Shown: positions 1 through 9,111 of the stretch, one piece after another
Numbering within the stretch: position 1 is the stretch's first letter
How the letters are laid out: every line of letters begins with the position of its first letter
Source of the DNA: Alphaproteobacteria bacterium
Lineage (GTDB): Bacteria; Pseudomonadota; Alphaproteobacteria; UBA828
Reading direction: 5' to 3'
NCBI GenBank assembly: GCA_965237415.1
Contig: CBDEFM010000002.1
Span: 96,001 to 160,000, forward strand
Length of the DNA stretch: 64,000 nucleotides
Notes under the pieces: generated by a model
Told to the model about the DNA's origin: nothing
Database searches by the model: none
What the model saw: the letters and a program-made list of their open reading frames with translations, nothing else
Made by a program: the position numbers and the translations under genes

Positions 1-184
1 GGGACCTCGGTCAATTCTCGTTGACCGGTGTGGGAAACTCTGCGCAGGGTCGAAGCGAGGGGCATCATCGAGCAGCGATCCCGGCGCGCCATGCGCATCG
101 AAGTCGAGGAAGGCTGCAGGAACGTCGAGGCCATGGTCAAGCAGGCCCTGGCCAAGGCCCACAGCTTAGCACGCGGAGGTTCCG

Positions 185-994
185 ATGAAGTTCAAATGGA
201 AGAAAGGAACGCCGATTCTCTGGGAGGAGTTCACGTGGGAAGAAGTCGAGGAGTTCGTGGATCGCTGCAATATGGTGATCATCCCGGTGGGCGCGATCGA
301 GCAGCACGGCCCCCATCTCCCTTTGATGACAGACACAGCGCAAGCGCTCGAGATTTCGAAACGGGTGTCCGCGAACACTGGCGTTCCGGTCGTGCCGCCA
401 GTCGCCGTGGGCATCTCCCAGAGTCATGGGAATTTCCCCGGAACTCTCTGGGTCCGCGTCGATACCATGATCAGTCTTCTCTATGACCTGTGCACGTCGC
501 TCTACGAGTCCGGGATCCGGAAATTCTTCTTCATTAACGGGCATATGTACAACGACTGGGGAATCAAGGGCGTGCGGGACCATTTCCGTTGCGACTATGA
601 CGACGTCCAGATCACGACAGTCAACTATTGGCAGACCACCGAAACGAGATTTGCCGAGGATTGCCCGCAGAACAAGCATATCCACGGCAACTTCGGGGAG
701 ACGGCGCAGATGTTGGTGATCCGTCCCGACCTGGTCAAGATGGATCGCGCGGAGGACACGCCAGACTTCTTCACCCTCTTCGACTATCGCTTCGATCAGG
801 TTTCGGCCAACGGCGTCATCGGCGGCAACGCGACCGGGGCCACGCCCGAGGACGGCGCGGAGATGTTGGCGGCCTTCGAGGCCAAAATCACCGAGCTGGT
901 CCAGAAGGGGCTAGAGGAGAACATTCCCATTCCGGGCGGCTATGAAAGGAAAAACAAGTCGATCGTCAATCGCCGCCGCAGCTGGAGCCGTTGA
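185..994 (+). CDS. creatininase / creatinine amidohydrolase family protein
   Basis: IPVGAIEQHGPHLPLMTD, SQSHGNFPGT, INGH and HGNFGET metal-binding motifs; GGAGG RBS upstream. Confidence 0.9.
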   Translation: MKFKWKKGTPILWEEFTWEEVEEFVDRCNMVIIPVGAIEQHGPHLPLMTDTAQALEISKRVSANTGVPVVPPVAVGISQSHGNFPGTLWVRVDTMISLLYDLCTSLYESGIRKFFFINGHMYNDWGIKGVRDHFRCDYDDVQITTVNYWQTTETRFAEDCPQNKHIHGNFGETAQMLVIRPDLVKMDRAEDTPDFFTLFDYRFDQVSANGVIGGNATGATPEDGAEMLAAFEAKITELVQKGLEENIPIPGGYERKNKSIVNRRRSWSR

Positions 995-1144
995 AGGCGG
1001 CAGGGGCGGCGGCCGGTGCCGCCCAGGGAGACGATGCATCTGTGATCGAGATCGGTTCGGCGAGGGCGAAGCTTCCGCGCGCCCGGCGATGCGAGTCGCG
1101 GGCAACTCACCGTAGCGACTTCTCCAATTGGCAAGGAGGATATC

Positions 1145-2272
1145 ATGGCCAGAGTTCAAAAGATCCAAGTTCACAAGATCCCCATGAATTCACCGAGCGA
1201 TGTCTCGGGAATCGAAAGTCTCATCGAGAGCGGCGAGCTGAAGCCTGAAACCATCGTCGCCATCGTCGCCAAGACGGAGGGCAACGGGCTGGTCAACGAT
1301 TTCAGCCGTGGCTTCGCCGAGCTGACGCTCAAGATTCTCTTGGCCGAGAAAATGGGAATCTCTCGGGACGAAATGGGAGATCGTATCTCCCTGGTAATGT
1401 CGGGCGGATGCCCGGGACTGATGAGCCCCCATTTCACTGTATTCGCCCGCGAGTGGGTGGAGGGGGAGGAGAGCCCGGAGAAGAGGCTCGCGGTGGGGAT
1501 CGCGCGTTCGCGTGATATCCTTCCCGAGGAGATCGGCCGCATGGGCCAGATCGAGGTCGTCGCTGACGCGGTCAGGGAAGCGACGGCGGACGCGTGCATT
1601 TCGGATCCCGCCGATATCCATTTCGTTCAGGTCAAGAATCCGCTCCTGACCAAGCCGCGCATCGCCGACGCCAAGAGCCGTGGGCAGACTGTGGTGACCG
1701 AGGAAACGGGCGTCACCTATTTCGGCTCGATGTGCTACGCGAACGATGCCTCGGCCCTGGGCGTCGGCCTCGGGACCGGCGAAATTCCCAGGGAGAAGCT
1801 GAGCGACGAGGCGGTGCGCCGCGATTTCTCGCTCTACTCCAACGTCTCTTCGACGTCGTCGGGGGGAGAGAAGTCCCGCGCCGAGGTCGTTGTCATGGGC
1901 AATTCCTCCCAGGCAGTGAGCGATTTTCGCATCGGCCACAGCATCATGAAGGATCTGATAGACGCGAACGGCGTGAAGGAGGCGCTGAGGAGCGCGGGGC
2001 TCGACTTCGCCTGCTGCCCCTCCGAATCCGACCTCGAGAGGGTCGTGAACGTGCTGGCGAAGGCCGTCGTGCCCGGTCACGGGGCGTGCCGGGGCCGGCG
2101 CTTCGCGATGCACGATGATTCCGATATCGGAACCAAGCCGGCCCGCGCCGTCGGCAATGCCGTCATTGCCTCCGTCATCGGAGACACGATGAACTACGTG
2201 TCGGGCGGCGAAGTCGATTCTCATTCGGGACCGCCGGACGGAAACCCCGTGGCCGCCATCGTTCGCATGTGA
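1145..2272 (+). CDS. ring-opening amidohydrolase, cyanuric acid hydrolase (AtzD)/barbiturase family, divergent
   Basis: KTEGNGxVNDFSRG, VMSGG, FVQVKNPLLT, SSGGE, DDSD, YVSGG..H.GP motifs; AAGGAGGA RBS. Confidence 0.9.
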   Translation: MARVQKIQVHKIPMNSPSDVSGIESLIESGELKPETIVAIVAKTEGNGLVNDFSRGFAELTLKILLAEKMGISRDEMGDRISLVMSGGCPGLMSPHFTVFAREWVEGEESPEKRLAVGIARSRDILPEEIGRMGQIEVVADAVREATADACISDPADIHFVQVKNPLLTKPRIADAKSRGQTVVTEETGVTYFGSMCYANDASALGVGLGTGEIPREKLSDEAVRRDFSLYSNVSSTSSGGEKSRAEVVVMGNSSQAVSDFRIGHSIMKDLIDANGVKEALRSAGLDFACCPSESDLERVVNVLAKAVVPGHGACRGRRFAMHDDSDIGTKPARAVGNAVIASVIGDTMNYVSGGEVDSHSGPPDGNPVAAIVRM

Positions 2273-2323
2273 CTTCACGAGGTTTCCGCGCAGCCCTTGT
2301 GCAGTAGGAGGAGGGAGAATGCG

Positions 2324-2625
2324 GTGTCGTTCGAGTTGTTCGTCAACGGAACGCTGATGCGGGGCCTCGAGCTCCACGGGAACCTCGAGGGGGCGGAGTT
2401 CTTGGGGGAGGCCCAGACGGCGCCGACCTATCGCGTGTATTCCATCGACGACCGCCATCCCGGCATGTTCGAGGTGGGCGTGGGCGGTGTCTCGGTGAAG
2501 GGAGAACTCTACCTGGTGGACGATGCGCTGTGGGCACGCATCGAGGCTGGCGAGCCGCCTCACCTCTATCGCGGGGAGGCGACGCTATCGGACGGCAGGC
2601 GCGTGCAAGCCGTCCTTTACCCGCG
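2324..2625 (+). pseudogene. gamma-glutamylcyclotransferase-fold / allophanate hydrolase C-terminal-like protein, 5' part (interrupted by IS21)
   Basis: LFVNGTLMRGL...TAPTYRVYSI..HPGM..GELY..EPPHLY; native sequence ends at VLYPR at the IS end. Confidence 0.85.
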
Positions 2626-2779
2626 TGTCGATGACGGTCCAAAAGTGCGCCTATTCGCTGCATTCAGCACGTGAGTGCGGTGACGATGTAGCAGCTTGTT
2701 TGGCGGGTGGAAGCGTGCCTCGTCGGAGCTGTGGATAGGCGGCTTGTCGCAGCGACCGCCCTCGTCTATGGACGCCCCC

Positions 2780-3036
2780 GGTAATGCAAGCTTTTCTTTG
2801 AACGGCACGGTGCATGCGGTCAGGTGCTGTCGTCTATCCGGCCTGTTGATGCGGCATTTCGATCGCCGCTGGCCCGTATGGAGATACGCGAACCGGGTCC
2901 AAAATCGAGTCTGCGAGCTTGAACGCTCTCAGGACGGTGCTGGTTTTCCCGATCCGGTCTCATTGACCGTATGCCCTCCTTACCTGTCCTCCGACCTGCC
3001 CACATCCCCGACGGCTTCCCGCGATTGTCCGCCCTG
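2780..3036 (-). ncRNA. putative bridge/seek RNA of the IS1111 element
   Basis: ~260-bp non-coding end downstream of the recombinase, containing segments that match target flank (2905-2913, 2931-2938) and donor junction (2830-2837); boundaries approximate. Confidence 0.7.
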
Positions 3037-4062
3037 TCAGGCGGTTGCGGGAACCCGATAGATCTCCTTCTTCGCCGTCACCGCCCAGGCGACGCGCGCC
3101 ATTTTGTTGGCCAGCGCAACCGCGACGAGCATCTTCGGCTTGCGCGCCAGCATTTCGGCCAGCCAAGGATCCCTCGTCTCGCCACCACGGCGCTCCGCCG
3201 CTTGGATTACAGACATGGCACCCGTGATCAAGAGCCGCCTGAGATCGCGCTGGCCCATCTTCGATACCTTGCCAAGCCTTGGCTTGCCGCCAGTCGTATG
3301 CTGTCGCGGCACGAGGCCTAGCCAGGCGGCGAAGTCGCGCCCGCGCCTGAAGCTCTCCATCGGTGGGGCGAAAGCCTGTACTGCCATGGCCGTGATCGGC
3401 CCGATGCCCGGGATCGTCATGAGCCGTGCCGCCTCTTCGTCCTGGCGTGCGCAAACGCGGAGCTCCTTCTCCAAATCGTAGATCTTCGCATCGAGGTCTG
3501 AGACCTGACCGAGCAGTAGGTCACCCAGCTCGCGAACCGGCTCCGGTAGCCCCGAGCTCGGATCCATGAGTGCCGCCTCCAGCCGCTTGACATGAGCTGG
3601 CCCCTGTGGAGCGATGACGCCGAACTCCGCCAGGTGACCCCGTAGCGCGTTAATCGTCTGCGTGCGCTGGCGCACCAGGAGGTCGCGTGTGCGGAACAGC
3701 ATCCCTCGAGCCTGCTGCTCTTCCGTCTTCACGGCCACCAAGCTCATGGTGGGGCGCTGCGCGGCCTCGCAAGTCGCCTCCGCGTCCCTCGCGTCATTTT
3801 TCTGCCGTTTGACGAATGGCTTGACATATATCGGTGGGATTAGCTTGACCTCGTGTCCGAGCATCTCGGTCTCTCTACCCCAATAGTGAGCGCTCGCGCA
3901 GGCCTCCATCGCCACCACGCAGGGCGGTTGCGAGGCGAGGAAGTCGAGTAGCTTGCCCCGGCTCAGCTTCTTGCGGAACACAACGGACCCGTCTGCCCGC
4001 GCACCATGCAACTGAAAGCTGTGCTTCGCCAGATCGATCCCGATGATGCTAGCCTGATCCAT
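3037..4062 (-). CDS. IS110/IS1111 DEDD recombinase (transposase)
   Basis: IGIDLAK, AMEACA, QKNDARDAEA, IPGIGPITA, WLGLVPRQHTTGGK, VAVALANKMAR; GGAGG-type RBS upstream. Confidence 0.95.
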   Translation of the reverse strand: MDQASIIGIDLAKHSFQLHGARADGSVVFRKKLSRGKLLDFLASQPPCVVAMEACASAHYWGRETEMLGHEVKLIPPIYVKPFVKRQKNDARDAEATCEAAQRPTMSLVAVKTEEQQARGMLFRTRDLLVRQRTQTINALRGHLAEFGVIAPQGPAHVKRLEAALMDPSSGLPEPVRELGDLLLGQVSDLDAKIYDLEKELRVCARQDEEAARLMTIPGIGPITAMAVQAFAPPMESFRRGRDFAAWLGLVPRQHTTGGKPRLGKVSKMGQRDLRRLLITGAMSVIQAAERRGGETRDPWLAEMLARKPKMLVAVALANKMARVAWAVTAKKEIYRVPATA

Positions 4063-4407
4063 GGAGGCCTCCTCCCTCAGGTGGTTCGACACCACCACCT
4101 TGGCACGATTCGCTGCCGTCGGGAGGGGGCGTCCACTCCCTCGAGTCTGGCAAGGCAAGCCGGCTATCCACAGCGGGCAGGCGTCGCGATTCCGGTGGCG
4201 GCGGGCGAACTGGCGGCAGCCCCTCGGACCTGAACAGCAAGATCGGTAGGGCTACACTCGGGCCGCTGAGAACGATGCGGCGCCGGCCACGTCTGCTTGG
4301 TGGCAAGAGCCGGCGCCGCACCCCCCGAGCCATGCTCGGCACGGCCCAGATGCACAGTATCGTGCGGGTTTTGGCGGGGGTCGAGCCCGTTCTCATCGAC
4401 CGCCGCG

Positions 4408-4854
4408 ATGAGGAACTTCGGCCGCCTGTTCAACTGCGCCCACTGCGATCGGCAGGTGGTTCTCTGCCCGCGCTGCGACCACGGCAACATGTACTGCTCA
4501 GCGGACTGCCGCGAGACGGCGCGCAGGCAGGCGCAGCGTCTTTGCGGGCAGCGCTATCAGGACAGCCTCCAGGGTCGTCGCAAGCACGCGCAGCGGCAGC
4601 AGCGCTATCGCGATCGGCACCGGCGTCGGGTGCCGGAGAATGAGGTCTGCGCGCAGAAAGTGACGCATCACCCTTTGACCCGCGGGCACCGTCGTCCTGT
4701 TGTGCCACAGACGCCGATGACGCGTCGCGGGACACAACCCTTTGGGCACGGGCGGCCTGCCAGGGTCTTCCGCTGCCATCGCTGCGGCCGGTTCTGCGCG
4801 CAGTTTGTCCATCCGGGCCTGCGCCCGGTCCGGCATCCGGCACGAGAAGGGTGA
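4408..4854 (+). CDS. Cys-rich, basic putative zinc-binding protein (IS21 passenger)
   Basis: CAHC-x6-CPRC-x6-CSADC plus C-terminal CHRCGRFC; stop 1 bp before istA ATG. Confidence 0.7.
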   Translation: MRNFGRLFNCAHCDRQVVLCPRCDHGNMYCSADCRETARRQAQRLCGQRYQDSLQGRRKHAQRQQRYRDRHRRRVPENEVCAQKVTHHPLTRGHRRPVVPQTPMTRRGTQPFGHGRPARVFRCHRCGRFCAQFVHPGLRPVRHPAREG

Positions 4855-4855
4855 G

Positions 4856-6361
4856 ATGACCATCGACAAGAAGACGCGCGCGGAGATCCTGCGCCTCCAT
4901 TACGCCGAGAAGTGGAAGATCGGCACGATCGCAAACCAACTCGGCGTCCATCACATCACGGTCCGCCGCGTTCTGGCCGACGACGGGGTGCCTCGGCATA
5001 TGAGGCGGCACCGGCGCTCGAAGCTCGATCCCTTCATGCCCTTCATCCGCCAGACACTGGCTCACTATCCGAAGCTGACCGCCAGCCGGCTCTACGAGAT
5101 GGCGTGCGAGCGCGGCTACCAGGGGAGCCAGAGCCACTTCCGCAACATGATCGCCCCCGAGCGGCCGAAGCCTGTGGCCGAGGCCTATCTGCGTCTCAAG
5201 ACCCTTCCCGGCGAGCAGGCCCAGGTCGATTGGGGACACTTCGGCAAAGTGAAGCTCGGTCGCGCGGAGCGCCCGCTGATGGGCTTCGTGATGGTTCTGA
5301 GCTTCTCGCGACGCATCTTCCTGCGCTTCTACCTCAACGCCGCGATGAGCAACTTCCTGCGTGGCCATATCGACGCCTTCGAGGCGTGGCAGGGCGTGCC
5401 CCGCGAGCTCTGGTACGACAACCTGAAGAGCGTCGTGCTGGAGCGCCGCGGCGACGCCATCCGCTTCAATCCCCAGTTCCTCGACTTCGCCGGCCACTAC
5501 CGTTTCCTGGCACAGCCCGTCGCGATCGCGCGCGGCAATGAGAAGGGGCGCGTGGAACGGGCGATACGCTACGCTCGCGACAGCTTCTTCGCCGCTCGCT
5601 CATGGCGCGATATCGACGACCTCAACGCCCAGGCCCAGGCCTGGTGCGATGGCATCGCCGCCGAGCGGCCCTGGCCCGAAGACCACTCCATCAGCGTGCG
5701 CGAGGCCTTCGAGCGGGAACGCAGCTCTCTCATTGCGCTGCCCGGCGATCGCTTCCCCGCCGACGAACGGGTCGAGGCCTCCATCGGCAAGACCCCTTAC
5801 GTCAGATTCGACCTCAACGACTACAGCGTGCCGCACACCCATGTGAGCCGCACTCTCGTCGTCCTCGCGACCCTCGACGAGGTGCGCATCCTCGACGGCG
5901 CGGACGTCATCGCCACCCATCCACGCAGCTTCGACAAGGCAGAGCGTGTCGAAAACCCCGACCACATCGCCGGCCTGGTCAGGCACAAGCGTCATGCCCG
6001 GCGCCTTCGCGGGCAGGATCGGCTGGTCCAGGCCGCGCCCAACAGCGAGCGCCTGCTCACCGACGCCGCCAAGCGCGGCAGCAATCTCGGCACCATCGTC
6101 GCCGCCCTACTGCGCCTCCTCGACGGGTACGGCGCCGCCGAGCTCGAGGCGGGCATCGACGAGGCCCTGAAGCGCGGCGTCCCCCATCCGAACGCCGTGC
6201 GCCTGAGCCTGGCCCGGCGGCGCGAACTGCGAGACGAGCCCCCGCCCATCCCCGTCGACCTGCCCAAGCATCCACGCCTGCGCGATATCGCGGTGCGCGA
6301 CCACGATCTCGGCGGATACGACGGACTGGCCGGTGGGCCCGAAGAGGACAGCGAAGAATGA
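4856..6361 (+). CDS. istA: IS21-family transposase IstA
   Basis: N-terminal HTH; [28 protein letters not shown] motifs. Confidence 0.95.
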   Translation: MTIDKKTRAEILRLHYAEKWKIGTIANQLGVHHITVRRVLADDGVPRHMRRHRRSKLDPFMPFIRQTLAHYPKLTASRLYEMACERGYQGSQSHFRNMIAPERPKPVAEAYLRLKTLPGEQAQVDWGHFGKVKLGRAERPLMGFVMVLSFSRRIFLRFYLNAAMSNFLRGHIDAFEAWQGVPRELWYDNLKSVVLERRGDAIRFNPQFLDFAGHYRFLAQPVAIARGNEKGRVERAIRYARDSFFAARSWRDIDDLNAQAQAWCDGIAAERPWPEDHSISVREAFERERSSLIALPGDRFPADERVEASIGKTPYVRFDLNDYSVPHTHVSRTLVVLATLDEVRILDGADVIATHPRSFDKAERVENPDHIAGLVRHKRHARRLRGQDRLVQAAPNSERLLTDAAKRGSNLGTIVAALLRLLDGYGAAELEAGIDEALKRGVPHPNAVRLSLARRRELRDEPPPIPVDLPKHPRLRDIAVRDHDLGGYDGLAGGPEEDSEE

Positions 6362-7167
6362 CCGACACCCTCAAGGACCGTGCCCGCGCGCTGCGCCTGT
6401 ACGGCCTCATCGCCCACTGGGACGACATCGGCGAGTGCAGCTGGCTGCCCACCCTCATCGCCTGGGAAGAGGAAGAACGGCGAAGCCGCAGCCTCAAGCG
6501 GCGCCTCAGCGAGGCCCGCATTGGACACTTCAAGCCCCTCGTCGACTTCGATTGGGACTGGCCCCGCCGCTGCGACCCAATGGTCATCGAGGACCTCATG
6601 AGCCTCGAGTTCCTGCGCGAGGCCGCCAACGTCGTCCTCGTCGGCCCAAACGGGGTGGGCAAGTCCACCATCGCCGCCAACCTCGCCCACCGCGCCATCA
6701 TCGAGGGGCACACCGTGCGCTTCACAACTGCAGGAAACATGCTCGGTGAGCTCGCCGCCCTCGATAGCGACAGCCTGCTCCAGCGCAAGCTCCGATTCTA
6801 CGCCCGCCAACAGCTGCTGGTGATCGACGAGGTCGGCTACCTCTCCTATAGCAATCGCCATGCCGATCTGCTGTTCAATATCGTCTCCAGCCGCAGCCAG
6901 CAGCGCTCCACCATAATCACCACAAACCGGCCCTTCGCCGAGTGGAGCGAAGCCTTCCCCAACGCCGCCTGCGTCGTCGCCCTCGTCGACCGCCTCATCC
7001 ACAACGCCGAGATCATCGCCATCGACGGCGATTCCTATCGCCGAAAGGAGGCCGAGGAACGCCAGAAGAAGCGCAGCGCAGAGCGCCGCCGCCGCCGGGG
7101 CGCAGCAGGCCGTCGGCGAGCCGGAAAGGCCGACGCCCTGGACCGCGAGCCGCCGTCGGCGGCGTAG
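6358..7167 (+). CDS. istB: IS21-family ATPase IstB
   Basis: Walker A GPNGVGKS, Walker B LLVIDEVGY, STIITTNRPF..W, LVDRLIH; ATGA overlap with istA. Confidence 0.95.
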   Translation: MTDTLKDRARALRLYGLIAHWDDIGECSWLPTLIAWEEEERRSRSLKRRLSEARIGHFKPLVDFDWDWPRRCDPMVIEDLMSLEFLREAANVVLVGPNGVGKSTIAANLAHRAIIEGHTVRFTTAGNMLGELAALDSDSLLQRKLRFYARQQLLVIDEVGYLSYSNRHADLLFNIVSSRSQQRSTIITTNRPFAEWSEAFPNAACVVALVDRLIHNAEIIAIDGDSYRRKEAEERQKKRSAERRRRRGAAGRRRAGKADALDREPPSAA

Positions 7168-7384
7168 TCATAGATCGTCTCTCGCCATGGTACGGGCGGG
7201 TGCAGGCCGAGACCCTGAGAGCCTATCCCCTCGAAGGCGTCGCGCGATCCCTCGGCTACCGCCGCGACCCCGATGTCGATGACGCACCCTGGAGGCACCT
7301 CGGATTGATCGTCAGCATCAACCGCCGACCACGTCCAACTCCAGAAATGCAGCAAATACGCGCATTCCTAAGCCGTCGCTAACA

Positions 7385-7472
7385 CCCGCGCGAGCAGGCC
7401 GAAGACGGGCATCGCGACATTTCCGAATACGGCGGCTGGCGTGCCTACTTGGAGCAACGAAGCGGCGGCTGA
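7385..7472 (+). pseudogene. 3' remainder of the GGCT/AtzF-C-like gene
   Basis: After the IS21 right end the frame resumes PREQAEDGHRDISEYGGWRAYLEQRSGG*, the typical DI..GGWRAY C-terminus. Confidence 0.85.
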
Positions 7473-7504
7473 CTGGCGGGCCGAATCGCCACCGGTATTG
7501 CGCA

Positions 7505-7590
7505 TGCACTGGAAGCCATAGCGGATGGAGCCGAGCAGGTTGGGCGCATCGTCACGATCCTGGATGTCGGCGGCGTGAGCCGACGCCGTC
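7505..7590 (-). pseudogene. IS5-family (IS1031-like) transposase fragment
   Basis: Minus strand reads AHAADIQDRDDAPNLLGSIR, similar to the HxADIQDRDGA motif. Confidence 0.55.
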
Positions 7591-7631
7591 AGCCGACGCC
7601 GTCACCGGCAGACCGCCCGTGTCGGCAATGC

Positions 7632-8010
7632 TCTAACAGGCTGGGAAAAAAGCCGCTTCAGTCGGGCCTCGATGGGGGCTTTGCAGCCTGAGCCCGTTGG
7701 ACACGTTGATTTCGTCTGATCGGCGGGTTTCGTGGTTCTGGCACCACAGGTCTCGCGTGGGGTATGTCCGATTATCTGTGTAAGCGGCGCCATGGTCCGC
7801 AGCGTGCCAGTCGGACGATCCCCGGTCTCGACGCTCATGCCGCTGCCCCCATTAGCTTCGGCAGGCGGATCAGATCGTAAGCCGCGAGCGCCAGGGTTAA
7901 TTGCCAATCGACCTGCCCCAGCCCCCGATGCCGGGTCTTTGAGAGACCGGCCACAGTCTTCACCCAAGCGAAGACCTCTTCGATGCGCTTGCGACGGACC
8001 TGGCTCGTCC
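7632..8010 (-). mobile_element. IS5-like transposase 3' remnant with right end
   Basis: RKRIEEVFAWVKTVAGLSKTRHRG..AAYDLIRL C-terminus (7835-~8005) and end-like sequence TTTTTTCCCAGCCTGTTAG (minus strand, ~7632-7650). Confidence 0.65.
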
Positions 8011-8463
8011 GATAGGGAGCGCTCGCCGCCACCTCGTCCTCGAGTTCGCCCCCTTGTCAGGCACCAACTTGTGTAAGCCTTCGGTCGTCGGGTGATAGAT
8101 TGCCTGGACTGATGTCGAGAGGGTCCGCTGAGCGGGAAGATCGCTTGGCTGCCCCGGCCTGCGCCACCCGCCAGCCGAACGGTCACCGCTCACGTCGGCT
8201 GCGCCGCGATCTGCCGTAGACAATCTCCCGCCGGGATACGCATGAGTTCGAATGAATCCGCTGACGATACGCTTACGCAAATTGTGACGAACCATTTGAT
8301 AAGAGCAGTGATGAAAAAGAAAACTCAATGAATCCAACGCCAAAGGGATGCCATCGTGGACGAACCACGGATAGGCGAGTCAAGTGGGTCGGGGTGAGGA
8401 GGGGCGGCGCGCAGGCCGCGGCCGCAGTGAGAGAGTCGGGCTGAGCCCCGCGAAGGCAGGCGC

Positions 8464-9111
8464 TCAGAACGCTGCGAGCGCGTCAGCGATCGGCGTCTCG
8501 CCTCCGATCATCTCGAAGGTCTTCTCGATGGTGTTGTCGAGGGCGAGGCAATCCACCAGCACCCGCGCCACGTCCTCGCGGGTCACCGTGTGGGTCTCCT
8601 TGGCGAGGGGGCCGAGGTCGTCGCCCGTGGCGATGGCGCCGGTGCCCGGCTCGTTGGTGAGGAAGCCCGGCCGCACGATGGTGTAGTTGAGGCCGCTCGC
8701 CTGCAGGTGCCGGTCGGCGGTCGCCTTTGCCCTGAAATAGTGATGCAGGCTCTCGGGCCCGCGTTCCGGCGCATCGACGGCGATGGAACTCAGCATGACG
8801 AAGCGGCGGGCGTTCATGCGCACGCAGGTCTCGATGAAGGCCATCGCGCCGTTCTGGTCCACGTCGGTGGTCTTCTCCGGCCCGGTCTTGGAGCCCGAGC
8901 CCGCGGCGAAGATGGCGCCCCGGCAGCCGCGAACGGCATAGCCGACCGGCTTCTCCAGATCGCCAATCCGGCATTCCGCGCCGAGCGCCTCAAGTTCGTC
9001 GCGCTGGGCGAAGTCCCGGATCATGGCGACCGGCTGGTGCCCGGCCTCCGCCAGCATCCTCAGCACGATCCGCCCGGTGAGCCCGTTCGCGCCCGCAACC
9101 ACAACCTGCAT
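8464..9111 (-). CDS. NAD(P)-binding atypical SDR / NmrA-like oxidoreductase
   Basis: VAGANGLTG, FAAGSG, YFRAK, YTIVRPG, TREDVA. Confidence 0.9.
   Translation of the reverse strand: MQVVVAGANGLTGRIVLRMLAEAGHQPVAMIRDFAQRDELEALGAECRIGDLEKPVGYAVRGCRGAIFAAGSGSKTGPEKTTDVDQNGAMAFIETCVRMNARRFVMLSSIAVDAPERGPESLHHYFRAKATADRHLQASGLNYTIVRPGFLTNEPGTGAIATGDDLGPLAKETHTVTREDVARVLVDCLALDNTIEKTFEMIGGETPIADALAAF

Larger units (their letters stand above)
2762..4143 (-). mobile_element. IS110 family (IS1111 type) insertion sequence
   Basis: Subterminal 11-bp IR TGGACGCCCCC (2769-2779)/GGGGGCGTCCA (4125-4135); CCCTCG at both boundaries (2759-2764, 4138-4143); exact crossover lies somewhere in this repeat. Confidence 0.88.
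2626..7384 (+). mobile_element. IS21-family element with passenger ORF, containing a nested IS110
   Basis: Imperfect terminal IRs TGTCGATGACGGTCCAAAAGTGCGCCTATTCGCTGCATT (2626) vs TGTTAGCGACGGCTTAGGAATGCGCGTATTTGCTGCATT (reverse complement ending 7384); 6-bp TSD CCCGCG at 2620-2625 and 7385-7390; istA/istB inside. Confidence 0.92.

Noticed and set aside
1-184. Possible 3' end of an upstream gene
   Set aside because: No frame gives a recognisable protein; cannot be assigned
5602-6357. Apparent long N-terminal extension of IstB (521-aa ORF)
   Set aside because: Overlaps istA in another frame; real start is ATG 6358 with ATGA coupling
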